Assembly (NCBI GenBank): GCA_047967505.1
Contig: CM106538.1
Direction: 5' to 3' (one strand)
Source: Dipteris shenzhenensis
Lineage: Eukaryota
Length of the DNA: 64,000 nt
Shown here: positions 1-13,600 of the stretch, piece by piece
Numbering within the stretch: position 1 is the stretch's first letter
Layout of the letters: each line of letters begins with the position of its first letter
Notes under the pieces: generated by a model
Databases searched by the model: none
Told to the model about the DNA's origin: nothing
Seen by the model: only the letters and a program-made list of their open reading frames with translations
Position numbers and translations under genes: made by a program

Positions 1-1074
1 GAACAGCCTGCAAGGGCTGGTTCCCACAGCACCATTGTGGATAGCTGTTTGTTTGTATCTGATTTTTTCCTAAACTTAATATAGTGGCTCTTTTTTCTTG
101 CAAAAAGTGACAACTGTCCCATGCATTAGATAAAAATGGGTATCCATCCATGATGGTTGTATTGGTTCATTTATTTTATTGACTAGCAAGGTATTACTTT
201 GCAGATCTCAAATTTCTGAATTTGTAAGCACCATATGGAGCGGTGCAAGTCGTTACATTGCTAAGAAAATTCAAACAACTGCAAACCTTTTAGTCAATGC
301 ACTCTGAATTTTGGGCTAATATTTTTGAAGAAACCAGTACCACCGTAGATAACTGGCTTAAAATAGCCTCATAGGTTTTTGACCTTGTCAAGGATAGTTC
401 TGTTCACCTTATCATCCATAATAGTTAACACTTGTTTCCCATCTTCTAGGAGGATTACGGAGGTGTGCACCACATTTTGGAATTATGATGAGTTATTTAA
501 CTGTGCATTCACTTGGTTTGAAGGTTTAGAAAGTTCAGCTATAGTTTCGTTTGAGTCGGTATCCCAGCATGATAAGACGAGAGGTTCGATTTAATTTGGT
601 ATGAAGGTTTAGAACGTTCAGCTATAGTTTTGTTTGAGTCCATACCCTAGCATGATAAAACATTAGGTACCTCTTACATTAGGTACCTGCATGTACGTAC
701 CCAATGGTGCCTGTGGCATGCTAGGAGTACGTTCTTATCATGTAGGGCAGATGACTACAGGAGAGTTTGTTTTCTGATGCCACTACACACAAAACTGTAC
801 AAAAGTAGAACCTTACAATAGGTCTGCGATGCATATTGCTACGACCAAGTGGGTGATTTTTAAAATTATTTAATGAGCTTGCATAAGGCTTCTGCTGAGA
901 TACTGTGACAGGGCTTGCCTAATAGCTTATCTGGATTCCAAATGGTATAACCATATTTCATTTTATGTGTTTCTCATGCATCATGTGTAAGCCACATTTT
1001 GTCTTTTCATATCTCTTGAAGCTTGGTCAGAGAGACTTATAACATTATCGCCAATGATGGTATACATGCTGCAG

Positions 1075-1630
1075 GATGGTCGTGTCAATGCGTTTTATTC
1101 AACACCATCCATATACACGGATGCAAAATTTGCAGCAAACGAAACATGGCCTTTGAAGCTTGATGATTTTTTCCCGTAAGTTCACAAAAATAATTTGTGA
1201 TGTGTTGCAGATTTTCCATTTTCGTTATCCTGGTATGTGTCCTTACGCCTACAGAGCAAAATGTCATTCTTCAGGTATGCAGACTGTCCACATTGTTATT
1301 GGACAGGATACTTCACCAGTCGGCCAGCTCTAAAGGGTTATGTGCGAATGATGAGCAGCTATTATCTAGTGAGTTCTCCTACTTATTTTTGCGAGACTCA
1401 AATCACTGTTATCAAGGGCCCAAATAATTCTTCATGTTGAAAATCTGTCTCTTCTTGGGTAGACTGCAAGACAGCTAGAAGTTCTGGTGGGCAGAAAAGC
1501 CTCTGGGCTAAATACAGATTCTCTGGGGGAAGCGATTGCTATAGCTCAACATCATGATGCTGTCAGTGGGACAGAGAAACAGCACACAGCCAATGATTAT
1601 GCAAAACGTCTTGCTATTGGGGCTGCCGAG
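1075..1630 (+). CDS. Alpha-mannosidase exons 1075-1175, 1275-1368, 1463-1630
   Basis: [18 protein letters not shown]...[10 protein letters not shown] / [31 protein letters not shown] / TARQLE...[29 protein letters not shown]; canonical GT-AG introns. Confidence 0.95.
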
Positions 1631-4600
1631 GTAAAATATTTTATTTGATCTTATAGTCCTTCAGAATTAAAAATCTTGAATTGAAATTTAACAAAAGAAG
1701 TATTTCTAAGTAAAGCTTTTTCTTCAATGTCCCCAAAAATTTCTTAAAATGCCTTGCTGACAGTGTTTCTAGGAAGACTATTTCCATCCTGGAAACACAC
1801 TGCCAAAGTAACCGGCCTGCTTGAAATTAAACAAACATTTTCTGGAATATAGTTAAGGGGATGTTTAACATGCAGTGTTTTCAGAAAACATCCTTCAGAA
1901 TGCAAGACTTCTTTAATAGATCAAATTGTTATTTTTTCATGAAGAAGACCTTTATTAAGTAGTATAGACTTTTATTCTTTCGAATGCATGTTGCTATATA
2001 TGGAATTTAATGAAGTGCTAGCTACCTTATGAGTAGACTTCCTGTGTTGCGCCGGGAGGTAGTCGCAATCCAGCTGAAACTGGAAGTACCTATAATACCT
2101 GCAAGGAAAATCTCTTCTAGACCAGTGCCCTCTATCCCTCTGATCCGCTCGGCCCCTGTGTCACCTATAGTCCCTACTCCCTCGCCAACTGAGCAGGTAC
2201 TGCTTCCCCTTGGCTGTTATGCTCTAGCCGAGATAGCATGACCTCGGAAAGATCGGTGGGCATTTTCCCTTAGAGGACCGACTTCAGTAATATTTCATGT
2301 GCGTAAATTAAATGGTCAAGGGAAGTAACTACCAAGGTCCTAGGTGAGGGTGTATTGGCATCGACTAGGTGGTTCTGAGTGCTCAGGCCTAGGTGCACCT
2401 AAATGTGTAAGAATGCCAAGGGGCAAATATTTTAATTGTGCCCCAAGAGGGGTAAATGGTGTACCAAGCTAAAGGTCTAAAATGATGACATGTGGCAGGA
2501 GGAAACCATCTAGGGATTTGTGGGCTTGTGGATAGGCATGAAGAATAAGAATTACGTATCTTGTGTGCATGCAATCCATGAGATAGGCTGGGAGGAAAAT
2601 CGGATGCTATCGCCTGTGATTCGATGGAAAGAACGAGAGATTTGTATTGAGCGTTTCATTTGGTATCAGAGCACGGAATGTTTGGGATGTGTGACAACAG
2701 ATAGTACGGAGGTGATGGCGCAGCTTGATAGTCACGGATGTCATCACAGGCGCGGGATTTCTTGGAGGGAGGACCTGGCTTCTTGGAGAATCCATATATT
2801 GTTCGTGGGCTCAACAAAGTTGGTCGGGACTCTGCTACCATACCTGGCTTAATTCGCAGAATCAAGGGAGCTTTTTACAAGGCTGTAATCGAGAGGCACA
2901 CGACGGGAAGTCCGACCGATAAGCGGACGTCGTTACAGCTGTACCACGTGGTGTTTTCAGAACTCCTTGGCGTCGTGGGTGTGCAAGCTGTGTAATAGTT
3001 GGGTAGATTGATGAGCAGCGCCGAAGATGCATGGAAGAGTTGCGCATCTGGGATGTGGTCACGCAAATAGCCCGTGAGTGAGGTGATCGTCTGAGCATGG
3101 GTACGGTTACGTGCGCAGTGCCTTGGTTGGTGGCGGCGAATCCTGAAGCTACTGTATGGTCACGGGACTTGCTTCGTGATATTCCGTCAACTGCATGGGA
3201 ATGGGTTCAAATAACATCTAAGAAGTTTGAGAGACGGAGGAGTGGCGCAGATTTTTGAGGCTTGCAAAGGCTTTGGCAGAAGAAATAAGTTTGGGACATC
3301 TGCGTTACGTGGAGCTTCCAGGGGGCTTTTTTTTTCCCTTCTATACAAATTTTCAGTTTTCAGTTTGCAGTCTATTATTCCTGTACAGCAAAGGGGAATT
3401 TGAAGTGTAATATACTTTTGGAGTTTTGGCGTACGGGGAAAAATAAAATAAAATAAAATCTAATTTCCCTTTTGAAAGAATGGAGGCAGAGGGACAAGAT
3501 TCCAGGGTAAATCCTGGTGAATCTAGAGCGCGATCTACGCAACAAGTGTCCCATCACACAACACCTACTCTGGTGGGTAGGATTTCTGTACTAGAAGATG
3601 CCTTACAACACATCATGAACCAGCAGCTTCAAGTGAACGCTGGTCAAAATGAAATTAGAGAGATGGTGCAAGCCTTGTCGGCTAGACCATCTAGAAATGA
3701 AAAGGGCAAAGCTCCAGCAGAGCCAGAGCCCAGTATACACTCGTCAGAACGTGCGAAGGTCAAGATACCTAATATTGCCAATTATAGACCGGAAAAGTAT
3801 GCTGGTCGGATGACCGAGCGCAGTTCTGATGTGATCGAGGTTTGGTTACACAAGTGGGAAGAAGCCTTCGCCATTTGTGAAATCAGATTTGATCTAAAGA
3901 AAATCCGCGAGGCCACTCACCTGTTTATTGAGGTAGCAGATAGGTGGTGGATAAAACAACAGAAAGATCAGGTCGCCCCTACCACCTGGGAAGGGTTTAA
4001 GGCTGAATTTAAGAAACACTTTCTTCCACCTGACAAAGAGTCCCGAGCTTGGGATGCTTACAGAAACCTTCGCTAGAGGAATTTGTCCGTGGCAGAGTAC
4101 ACTGACAAGTTCAGGGAATGTGTTATGAAAATAACAGACCCTCTCCCTATGTCGGTTCAGTTGAAAGACTATATCTATGGACTGAACGACAGGATTAAAA
4201 TGGAAGTTCGGGCTAAATATGTAACTACATTAGATGAATCTATTGCAGTAGCCCTGAACTATGAGGATGCCAGAGGCAGACCTAGTGGGTTTGTGCAGGC
4301 AGGGACTCAGCATGAGTACCTGAGAAAAGGGGGATTTCAGAGGAAATGGACGTCAAAGGCAAGTGTCTCGCAGCCAAGTGGCCAAACCAAGCAGGTGAAG
4401 CCGGTTGAGGGACAAGCAAAGACAATTACCACCGTTGGGGTGAAAAGAAAAGTAACTCCAATGGCAGCCCGGGCTTGGTCAAAGTCCTCGTTGACCCCTG
4501 AGCAAAAAGAAAAAGCTAGAAAAGAAGGATTGTGCTTCGGCTGCCTTCAGCAACATCAATGGAAAGATTGTCCACTAAACAAAGACCGTCGCACGGCCAA

Positions 4601-7600
4601 TATGATAATATCTGAATGCGACGCGGAAATGCAGGAGAGTCCCAATGCGGAACATATGCAGATGCAATTGGCGGGACCTTCTCAGAGGTTAGTACCTGTG
4701 TTGTTAAGTGTGTCTGTTACTAAGTTAGTAAGCGGTGCACCCGATAACATCCTTTCAAAGCCCGCAACAACAGGGTATACGGTTTTCGATGAGCCCGAGT
4801 TGATTAAAATGAAAGGGCAAGTAGCCAATCATGATGTGATTGTATTGTTTGACTCAGCGTCAATGCACAATGTAATTAACTCGAAGCTTATTAAGAGGCT
4901 CGAGTTGAAAACTAGTCGGTCTGACTATGCTTATACGGTCAGGATGGCGGACGGAAGTTCAACTGAAGTATGGGACCAGAGGGTTACCCAGTTGGAACTT
5001 CGAATTCAGGACTATGTTGAGAAGCTGGACTTTGAGTTGACCAGGCTTGCTCACGCAGATATAGCCCTAGGCATGGCTTGGCATTTTTGGAAAAATCCAG
5101 CCATTGATTGGAAAAAGCATATCAACCAGTTCAAGATGAACGGGGTAGAATATGTTTTGCGAGGTGAAAAGGATTTACGTCAAGGACCATTGATTTCAGC
5201 CATGGAAATTCGGAAGACTCCGAAAGAGTTTCTGTGTCTGTGTATAGCATCGGTAGAGTCGATTGATGCTGCATCAGCTAGCACTGAGGCTACCCAAGAT
5301 GGGAAAATGGCCGAGTTGGCTAAAGAGATATCGGAGAAGTACTCTGATTGTTTTAGGGATGAGTTACCTTATGGGTTACCTCCAGAGCGGATTGTTCAGC
5401 ATAAAATTGAGCTTATCGTCGTAGGGGCAGAACCTGTAAATAGACCTCCCTATAGATTAAGCTTTATAGAAGAAGCCGAGGTGCGAAGACAACTGGAAGA
5501 ATACCTCAAGCTGGGGCAGATTCAACCCAGTTTTTCACCTTTTGCTTCGCCAGTGATATTAAAGAAGAAGAAAGATGATACTTTTCGTCTCTGTATAGAT
5601 TACAGAGCATTGAATAATATCACTATTAAGCACAGGTATCCGATGGCTCGGATTGATGACTTGCTAGATGCATTGTATGGGGCCAAGGTATTTAGTAAGA
5701 TTGATCTTAAGAGTGGCTACCATCAAATCCGGATAAGAGCCGAGGATGTTCAAAAGACTGCTTTCAAAAGTCGTTTTGGGCATTATGAGTTTTTAGTGAT
5801 GCCATTTGGGCTTACTAATGCTCCAGCTACATTCGTCATGCTTATGAATGATTTACTACATCCATTTATTGGGAAGTTTGTAGTACATTTTATTGACGAT
5901 ATTTTGGTATACAGCAAAAGTATTGCTGAGCATCGTGAACATTTAAAAGAAGTGTTTACAGTTTTAAGAGAAGCCATTCTGTTTGCGAATAAAAAGAAAA
6001 CTGAATTATGTTTAAGAAAATTGGTATATCTTGGATTCGTTATTATTCCTGATGGTGTTGAGATGGATCCGAAGAAAGTTACCACTATTTTGGAATTACG
6101 ATCATTCTTAGGATTTGTACAGTTCTATCGAAGACATATCAAAGGATATTCTGAGATAGTATCGCCTTTGACTGAGTTGACCTCAGACAAGGTACCTTTT
6201 ATTTGGGGAAAGAATCAGCAGGAAAGTTTCAGTGCTGTAAAGAAAGTAGTGGTCACAGGACCAATGCTAAAAATTATTGATCCCGAGAAACTGTTTTTCC
6301 TTGAGATCGATTCAAGTGGCATTGCGGTAGGAGCGGCTCTTCTCCAAGAGGGAAGGCCAGTCGCCTTTGAAAGCAAGAAGCTTTCTCCCTCTCAGCGTAA
6401 TTGGCCAACTCATGAGAAAGAGTTGTACGTTGTTGTGCATGCTCTAAAGGCATGGAGGCACTATTTGTATGGTGCAGAATTTTACGTGAATGTTGACCAC
6501 GATACTTTAAAGTATTTTTGCGAACAACCTGATTTGAGTGGCCGCCAAGCTAGGTGGGCAAAACTCATGCAGGAGGTTGATATGAAGATTCGGTACCGAA
6601 GAGGGAAGGATAATAAAGTTGCTGATGCGTTGTCACGCATTGTGCATAACATGAGTTTCACGGTGTTAGAGAGTGCTCTAATGGCCGAGATTAGAGAAAC
6701 TCAAAAGGTGGACGAGTTTGTCCAGAGCCTATGGCCTAAGGCTCATATGTTAAAACCCGGGGAAAAGGATGACCTGGCATCCAGAAAAGGCCAAACTTAT
6801 GCAAGATATGCCATAAGGGATGGTATGCTGAAAAGGAATGGCAAGGTAGTAGTACCTAATCAGAATGATCTGAGGCAGAGAGTCATTCAACAATGCCATG
6901 ATAGCCCATGTGCGGGACATCGAGGAGTCGAGAAGACATATGATCTCGTGAGACGAGATTTCTTTTGGCCAAAGATGAAAAAGCATATTCATGAATATGT
7001 GACACGTTGTTTTTCGTGTCAGGTAAGTAAGGCAGAGCGGGTGAAGCCACCCGGACTTTTACAGCCCTTGGAGATACCACTAAGCAAGTGGGAGAGCATT
7101 TCCATGGACTTTATTGTAGGACTGCCTACGACACAAGGTGGATATGATTCTATCCTTATGGTGGTTGATCATCTTACCAAGATGGCTCACTTCATTCCAA
7201 CTAGAGAGTCTGTTAGTGCCCCACAAGTACCGGATTTGTTTATTAGACATATATTTCGTCTGCATGGATTACCCAAATCCATAGTGTCAGACAGAGATGG
7301 CAAATTTACCAGTTATTTTTGGACTGCGGTATTTGAGACACTAAGGACTGAGTTGGGAATGAGTAGTGGGTATCATCCAGAAACGGATGGTCAGACGGAA
7401 AGAATCAACCAAATTTTAGAGGATATGCTTAGAGCATATGTGTCATTGAGGCAACATACATGGGACAATTGGTTTGGAGTTTGCCTACAATGATAGAAAA
7501 CATTCCTCTACAGGGTTCAGTCTGTTTGAACTGAAATATGGTTATAGGCCATCGAATCTAACTATAGTTGGAATACCTCAGAAAGTGCCTAGTGCCGCAA

Positions 7601-10600
7601 ACTTTGTGGTTCAGATGCGGGAGATGCTAGCACTTGCGAGAGCTAACATTCGCCAAGCTATGGATAGAGCTAAGGCGTATGTGGATGAAAACCGATCCGC
7701 TAGAGAACTGAAGGAAGGAGAAAAAGTTTTTCTCAAAGTTCCTTCGCACTCTAAGTCTTTGACTGCAGGAGAGTGTGCTAAGTTATCACCTCAATATTGT
7801 GGGCCATGGTTAATTCTAAAAAGAATAGGCAAGGTAGCCTATAAATTAGAATTGCCACAGGGGTATAAGGTGCACCCAGTGTTTCATGTTTCTCGTTTAA
7901 AGAAATTTTTGCATACAGGTGACTCACTAATTGAAGGTGTTGTTTTGTTTTAGGAGATAGAGGATAATGCAAGACGCAAACCAACAGGAATCCTGGACCG
8001 AGGAACAATGCAAGTGCGAAATCGGAAGATACCCACGGTGTTGGTTGCATGGCACGGTCTACCTCTATCAGAAGCTACCTGGGAATCCGTATACGAGTTA
8101 CGGAGAGTGTTTCCAGATTTCATCATCGAGGACGCTGATGCTTGAAGAGGGAAGGAATGTTATGCTCTAGCCGAGATAGCATGACCTCGGAAAGATCGGT
8201 GGGCATTTTCCCTTAGAGGACCGACTTCGGTAATATTTCATGTGCATAAATTAAATGGTAAAGGGAAGTAACTGCCAAGGAACTAGGTGAGGGTGTATTG
8301 GCATCGATTAGGTGGTTCTGAGTGCTCAGGCCTAGGTGCACCTAAATGTGTAAGAATGCCAAGGGGCAAATGTTTTAATTGTGCCCCAAGAGAGGGGTAA
8401 ATGGTGTACCAAGCTAAAGGTCTAAAATGATGACATGTGGCAGGAGGGAACCATCTAGGGATTTGTGGGCTTGTGGATAGGCATGAAGAATAAGAATTAC
8501 GTATCTTGTGTGCATGCAATCCATGAGATAGGCTGGGAGAAAAATCGGATGCTATCGCCTGTGATTTTGCCTGTGATTCGACGGAAAGAATGAGAGATTT
8601 GTATTGAGCGTTTCATTGGCTCTGCTGCAGTACCCCCACGGCTTGTCTCTATTGAAGCCCCTGCTCCGATTCCATCTGGCCTCAGAAGCAGCAGGATCCT
8701 CACACGTTTTAAGTGCCATGTGGTCATTGATGATGCCTCTATGATTGAGCCCTCCAAACGGCAGAAAACTGAGTCGGAGGTGTAGTCTGCGCTGGCTCTC
8801 ATTGTCCCCCAAGAGTGGCCCATCGACCTCTAGCTTGATGCTCTATAAGTGCGACTGCAGGTTGCCCAGTGGTGCACTCAATATTTGTCCAAGTTCCTCC
8901 GAGCGAGAATATCAACCAGCTCCAACAAGAAGTGGACCAGCTGTGTGCCAACCGGGCTAGTATCACGGAGAAGGCAGCCATAGAAGGGGGAACAGCTCGA
9001 ACATTGGGTCTATCTACTTTCCCAAGAAGTCGCAATGCTCTAGGCGCAGACAGCGAGATGCCTGCCAGTCTTCGTCAACAGCACACCAACACCAGTGCCT
9101 AGGCCCTGCTTCTTGATTCATAGCTCCAAACCCTCCACAACCCGACATCATGAATGGTCTCTATGGATACAATTTAGCGTCGCTCTCTCTAAGCTTATTC
9201 TGTCAGAGTTGGCCCAGCAATAGCAGCAGCATATCGATTGGCTAGAGCAAATCCTCGTGCCCGGCTGCAAGCGCATAATAGCGATCCTTCACCGAGACAC
9301 AAGCACGAGCCGGATGTAGATGCAGTGAGTGCATCAAGGGCGCCCTCCAAGCAACCATTGCAAATCACTGGCCCCAACAACCATGCGGCGTGCGGTGATG
9401 GCGCCCCGGCCAGACAGACCCCACCGGCGGACACATAGATTGCAGCCCGTAGTCTCGATTAGGGCAAAGCGCCCTTGATAGTCGAGCCACCCCTTGCCAA
9501 TTCTCTTCTCCTTCTCACCGACCTCGCTCAAAGGTCAAATTTTCTTAATTTGTGCAATAGGTTATATGCACCCCCAACCTATTGCATGTGCAATAGGTTG
9601 GGGGTACACTCAACCTACTGCACAACCAACAAGTTGGGGGTGCACACAACATGTTGCACAAATCAATATATTTAATAAGACATGCAACAGGTTGGGGTAC
9701 ACTCAACCTACCGCACAACCAACAAGTTGGGGGTGCACACAACATGTTGCACAAATCAATATATTTAATAAGAGTCCCCGTAGACAATGCTCTTTAACTA
9801 GACGATTCAGGTGGCCCTTCAGCACAATTAAGATGTGACCAAGGCAAACCAAGAGGTGGCCAAATTCCACTTCGACCTGGATAGTAAATCTTGGAGGAAG
9901 CAAGAGAAAGAGCTGGACTAAGAGATCATCTCCCTCAAACAGGTCTAACATGTGCTCTAGCATTGGCTACAATTACTGAAGGCCTCAGGGAAACTCGATC
10001 CCAACCCCAAGCTAGCTTCGACCACCCCACCTCTAACCATTTCGATGCCTCTGTTGTGCCCATCCATGCCGCAGACTTGTGGTTGGAAGAATAACACGGA
10101 GTGGCAACAAATCGTCTAGCTCACCCACAAGAAGGCCAAGCTCAACGAGGAGGTGATCAACTTATGCAGGGGCACACATGACCTCTACCGTGAGTGGCAA
10201 AATTTGCAAGGAGAACTGGCGATAGCCCAACAATGCCTCATCTTTTAGAACCAGGTGGTAAAACATGCATGCCTTGGCATCTAGCGCCTCGCACAACTGG
10301 CCGCATAGGCGAACATACGTATCCGGCCTTGTCCTATCTCCTCCAGGCCCAGTCCTCCAGGCCACGCTCGGAACTAGGTTGCGTCGCCTCCACTTGTAGC
10401 TCCACCTCCGCCTCTGCCCTCTTGAGTCGCAGCACGCCTGATAGTTGTCACCCCTCCTACGATGATACTGAGGAAGTCATAGACGAATGATCCTTCGTCT
10501 GATGGAGGGTATTGTAGAAGGTTTAGGACCCTGTTTTTTTCCGAGAACACTCCTCCCCTCCCCCCAAGGCCCTATCATAGAGACGATATGGGGCAACACA

Positions 10601-13600
10601 TACTAGGTGAGCTTCTCAGCCTAGATGTCAATACTAAGGAGCTACAAAATTTCAGCATTGGAGTTTTCGGTGCATATTGCTTCCCAAGCAATATGTGGAG
10701 AACACCTTCCTAACCTCGAGCATACAAAGCTGTTTTAAAGCATTATTCGAGTCAGTTCTGACATCGGGAAAGCATTGTTCGAGTCCTTTGGGGCAGTATG
10801 GGGAAAACACCTTCCCAACCTCGAGCATACAAAACTATTTTAAAGCATTATTTGAGTCATTTCGATTTCGAGAAAGCATTGTTCAAGTCGTTTGGGTTCT
10901 CAGCCCTAGTATTGCCTAAATTGAATTATGTATTTCTTTAGGTCCTTGATAGGCATCTGACTTCACTCAGGCCTTGTGACTGTTCGGCGGGTTTTTTATC
11001 CATCCCTTGCATGTGCTGAAGCGTTACCAGTCTAGCTAGCGTGACTCCATAGGTATGTCTAACAGTGCAGTCTCCGACCCCCTTAGCCAGAGCCATCTAA
11101 CTTTTGGTCGAAACCTCATCTATCAAACCTTTAAGGCCAAGTGGCATCTGTTAGGGCCTTTATGTCTATGTTGCATAATCAAGTCGACCGCCACCATAGG
11201 GCACTCTCGCATTGCGCAATCGTCAGTCCAAAATGTCTTTGAAAGCACATGAAGAGGGAGAGAGAAGATAATACTCAAATCGAAACATAATGAAAGTGAA
11301 AGGAATTGGAAATGAGCAATAGACCAAATGGAAAGACTCACATTGAGGTGAATTGAAAGGCCAAATACCGAAGGCAAGGGCTCGAGCGCTGCTCCTTTCC
11401 GGCTCTCCTCCTTGCTGCACCCTCCTTCGGCCAGCTCCTCCCCTCGTTCAGCTCCTCTCTCCCCTCGGCCTATTCATTCCCTTCCCCTGGCCAACTCCTC
11501 CTCACCCCCTGGGCTGCCTCGGCCTGCTTCCCTATCCCTCCTCTTCCCTCCTGGCCTCGGCCTGTTGCCAAGCCCTCCCTCCCGGCTCCTCCTCGACCCT
11601 CCTCCTCCCCCCTGCTCCCCCGCCCATCGTCTTCCCTCTCGGCTTGCTCCTTCACTCCCTCGGGCTTCTCCTCCTTCCCAGCCTGCTGCCCCGCTCCCTG
11701 TACTTCCCTCCCGGCCTGCCCACTGGGCCAACTCCTCCTTCCCTCCTCCTCCTTCTCCCCCTTGACCTGCCTCCCCGCCTCCGCCTTCTCCTACCTCCTT
11801 CTCCTTCCCTTCCTCTCCCTTCAAGCCCCATCTCCTCCTCCTCCTACTTCCTCTTCCTTATCCTAATCCTCTCCCTTCAAGCCCCATTCCTTCCTTATCC
11901 CAATCCTCTCTCCTTGCAGCAGGTTTTTTGTCGGACGGACCTTTCATTTGTGTTTGAATTGGCCTTCTCACCTCGATCGGCGATGGATTTCCAATCAGTC
12001 AATCCTACTCCGCTTCCACCAGTCGCGAAAACAGTTACATTTTCAGAAGACTAGTTGCAGCAACTCAAGAAGGATGTAGAGCTTGAATGCTCTACCATGT
12101 TGATTGCACGCATCTATGGGTCTCACCCTTCCAGGTCACAAGCCAAAGACTGGATGCTTGTGGTGCTACCTCCAGACCTCATACTCCACTTGAAACATGT
12201 TCACATATTGGGACGAGTTTTCTTCCAGGTTGTTTTTGATTCACGGGAGGTTGCGAGTATTGTGCTCAAAGCTGGTTTCTATCTGATGGGACATAGGAAG
12301 ATGTTCTTTCATTCTTTTTCACTAGGTTTTGACCTTGTGGAGGAGGCCAAGCAGGGCGTTTCTCTTTTCATCATGTTTCCTAGTCTTCCACAGGTTTACC
12401 ATCGCTTACTCCCTGTGATTGGGGAGTACTTTGGTATTGTCACTGAGATCCCCCCCCTTCCTGGCTTGCCCTTGACAGCTGCAAAGGCGATCAAGTCTGA
12501 CAGGCTTCCTAGAGTTAGGATCCTTACAATTTATATGATGATCATATCATGCTCCAGCGTCAAGATGGCTCTTTCTTTCGACAGAGAGTGGAGATTGCGG
12601 GCAGACAGGACTAGTGTAGGATCTGCAGGACCTTTGGCCATTTCGCCAAGGATTGCTCAAGAAAGAAGAAGAGGCCTAAAAGGACTACTGGTACATCAGC
12701 TCCTCCTCGACCTTGACAGGGGGGTGGTACAGTTCTAGTACCTCCCACTTGATCTCGACAGGGGGGTGGTACAGTTCGAATACCCCCTCCTCGACGACCT
12801 CGACAGGATGGTGATACAGCTCCTCCACGTCAGAGCGCTTCTTGATCGAGTGCTCCTTTAGGACCGCCACCACCCGCACTTGTTGCCCCTTGATGGGTTC
12901 CGATTCACGTGCGGCCTCCGTCCGGCACAAGGGCTTCGGATATTTCCGCTCTGGTTGCTACATATGCTTTTCCTCACTCAGTCCAGGACGTTGTTGCTCC
13001 AGTTGCAGCCCAAGTTGATGCTTCTTCCCCTGACCTTGTGGTAGCCCCTCTCCTCGATGATGTTTCTACTGTTGGAGGGGCCTCAGCAATTTCGTAGGAT
13101 CAAGGAGTTTCGAAGCAGCACCTTTCTTCATCTCCACTCTTGGAGATAGGGAAAGGAGTTATGCACCCTGTTGATCCGCTTCTTTTGCAGGGATCCTTCG
13201 TACCTATTGATAAGAAAAAAAAAGAGACAACCAGGAATTATGTACTTCACCACGTCAGATAGCTGAGACTTCATAGGGATCAGCTGCAATGTGGGCTCGT
13301 AGATGATGAGCTTATGAACCAGATTCCAGAGTATGTGTCTTTGTAATAGGCATCGAGACAAACCCCCACAAAAAAAACTGACTGAACATGGATCACACAG
13401 ACTCAAAGAGAGACAAAAGACTACACAGCCCGAAACAGACTGAACTTAGAACTGAACTTCCCCCCAAAACTCAGAAACCCACAGCCCACATGAAGGCTAT
13501 CTTCGTGACTCTTCAAGATATCAACCCACAAGCTAACCTTATCATATCTTTCCCAAGATCATCATCGAGCACTAGCAATGATGCAGCCCGCCATCTCTGG

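Larger units (their letters stand above)
2215..8615 (+). mobile_element. Full-length Ty3/Gypsy chromovirus LTR retrotransposon (Reina/Tekay-like)
   Basis: TG...CA LTRs 2215-2658 and 8158-8615; TSD TTGGC (2210-2214, 8616-8620); PBS at 2661; PPT 8144-8157; gag-PR-RT-RH-INT-chromodomain order. Confidence 0.96.

Noticed and set aside
11353-12054. Pro/Leu/Ser-rich 'extensin-like' ORFs (also 60631-61401 and 61723-62079)
   Set aside because: Translations of low-complexity CT-rich LINE leaders.
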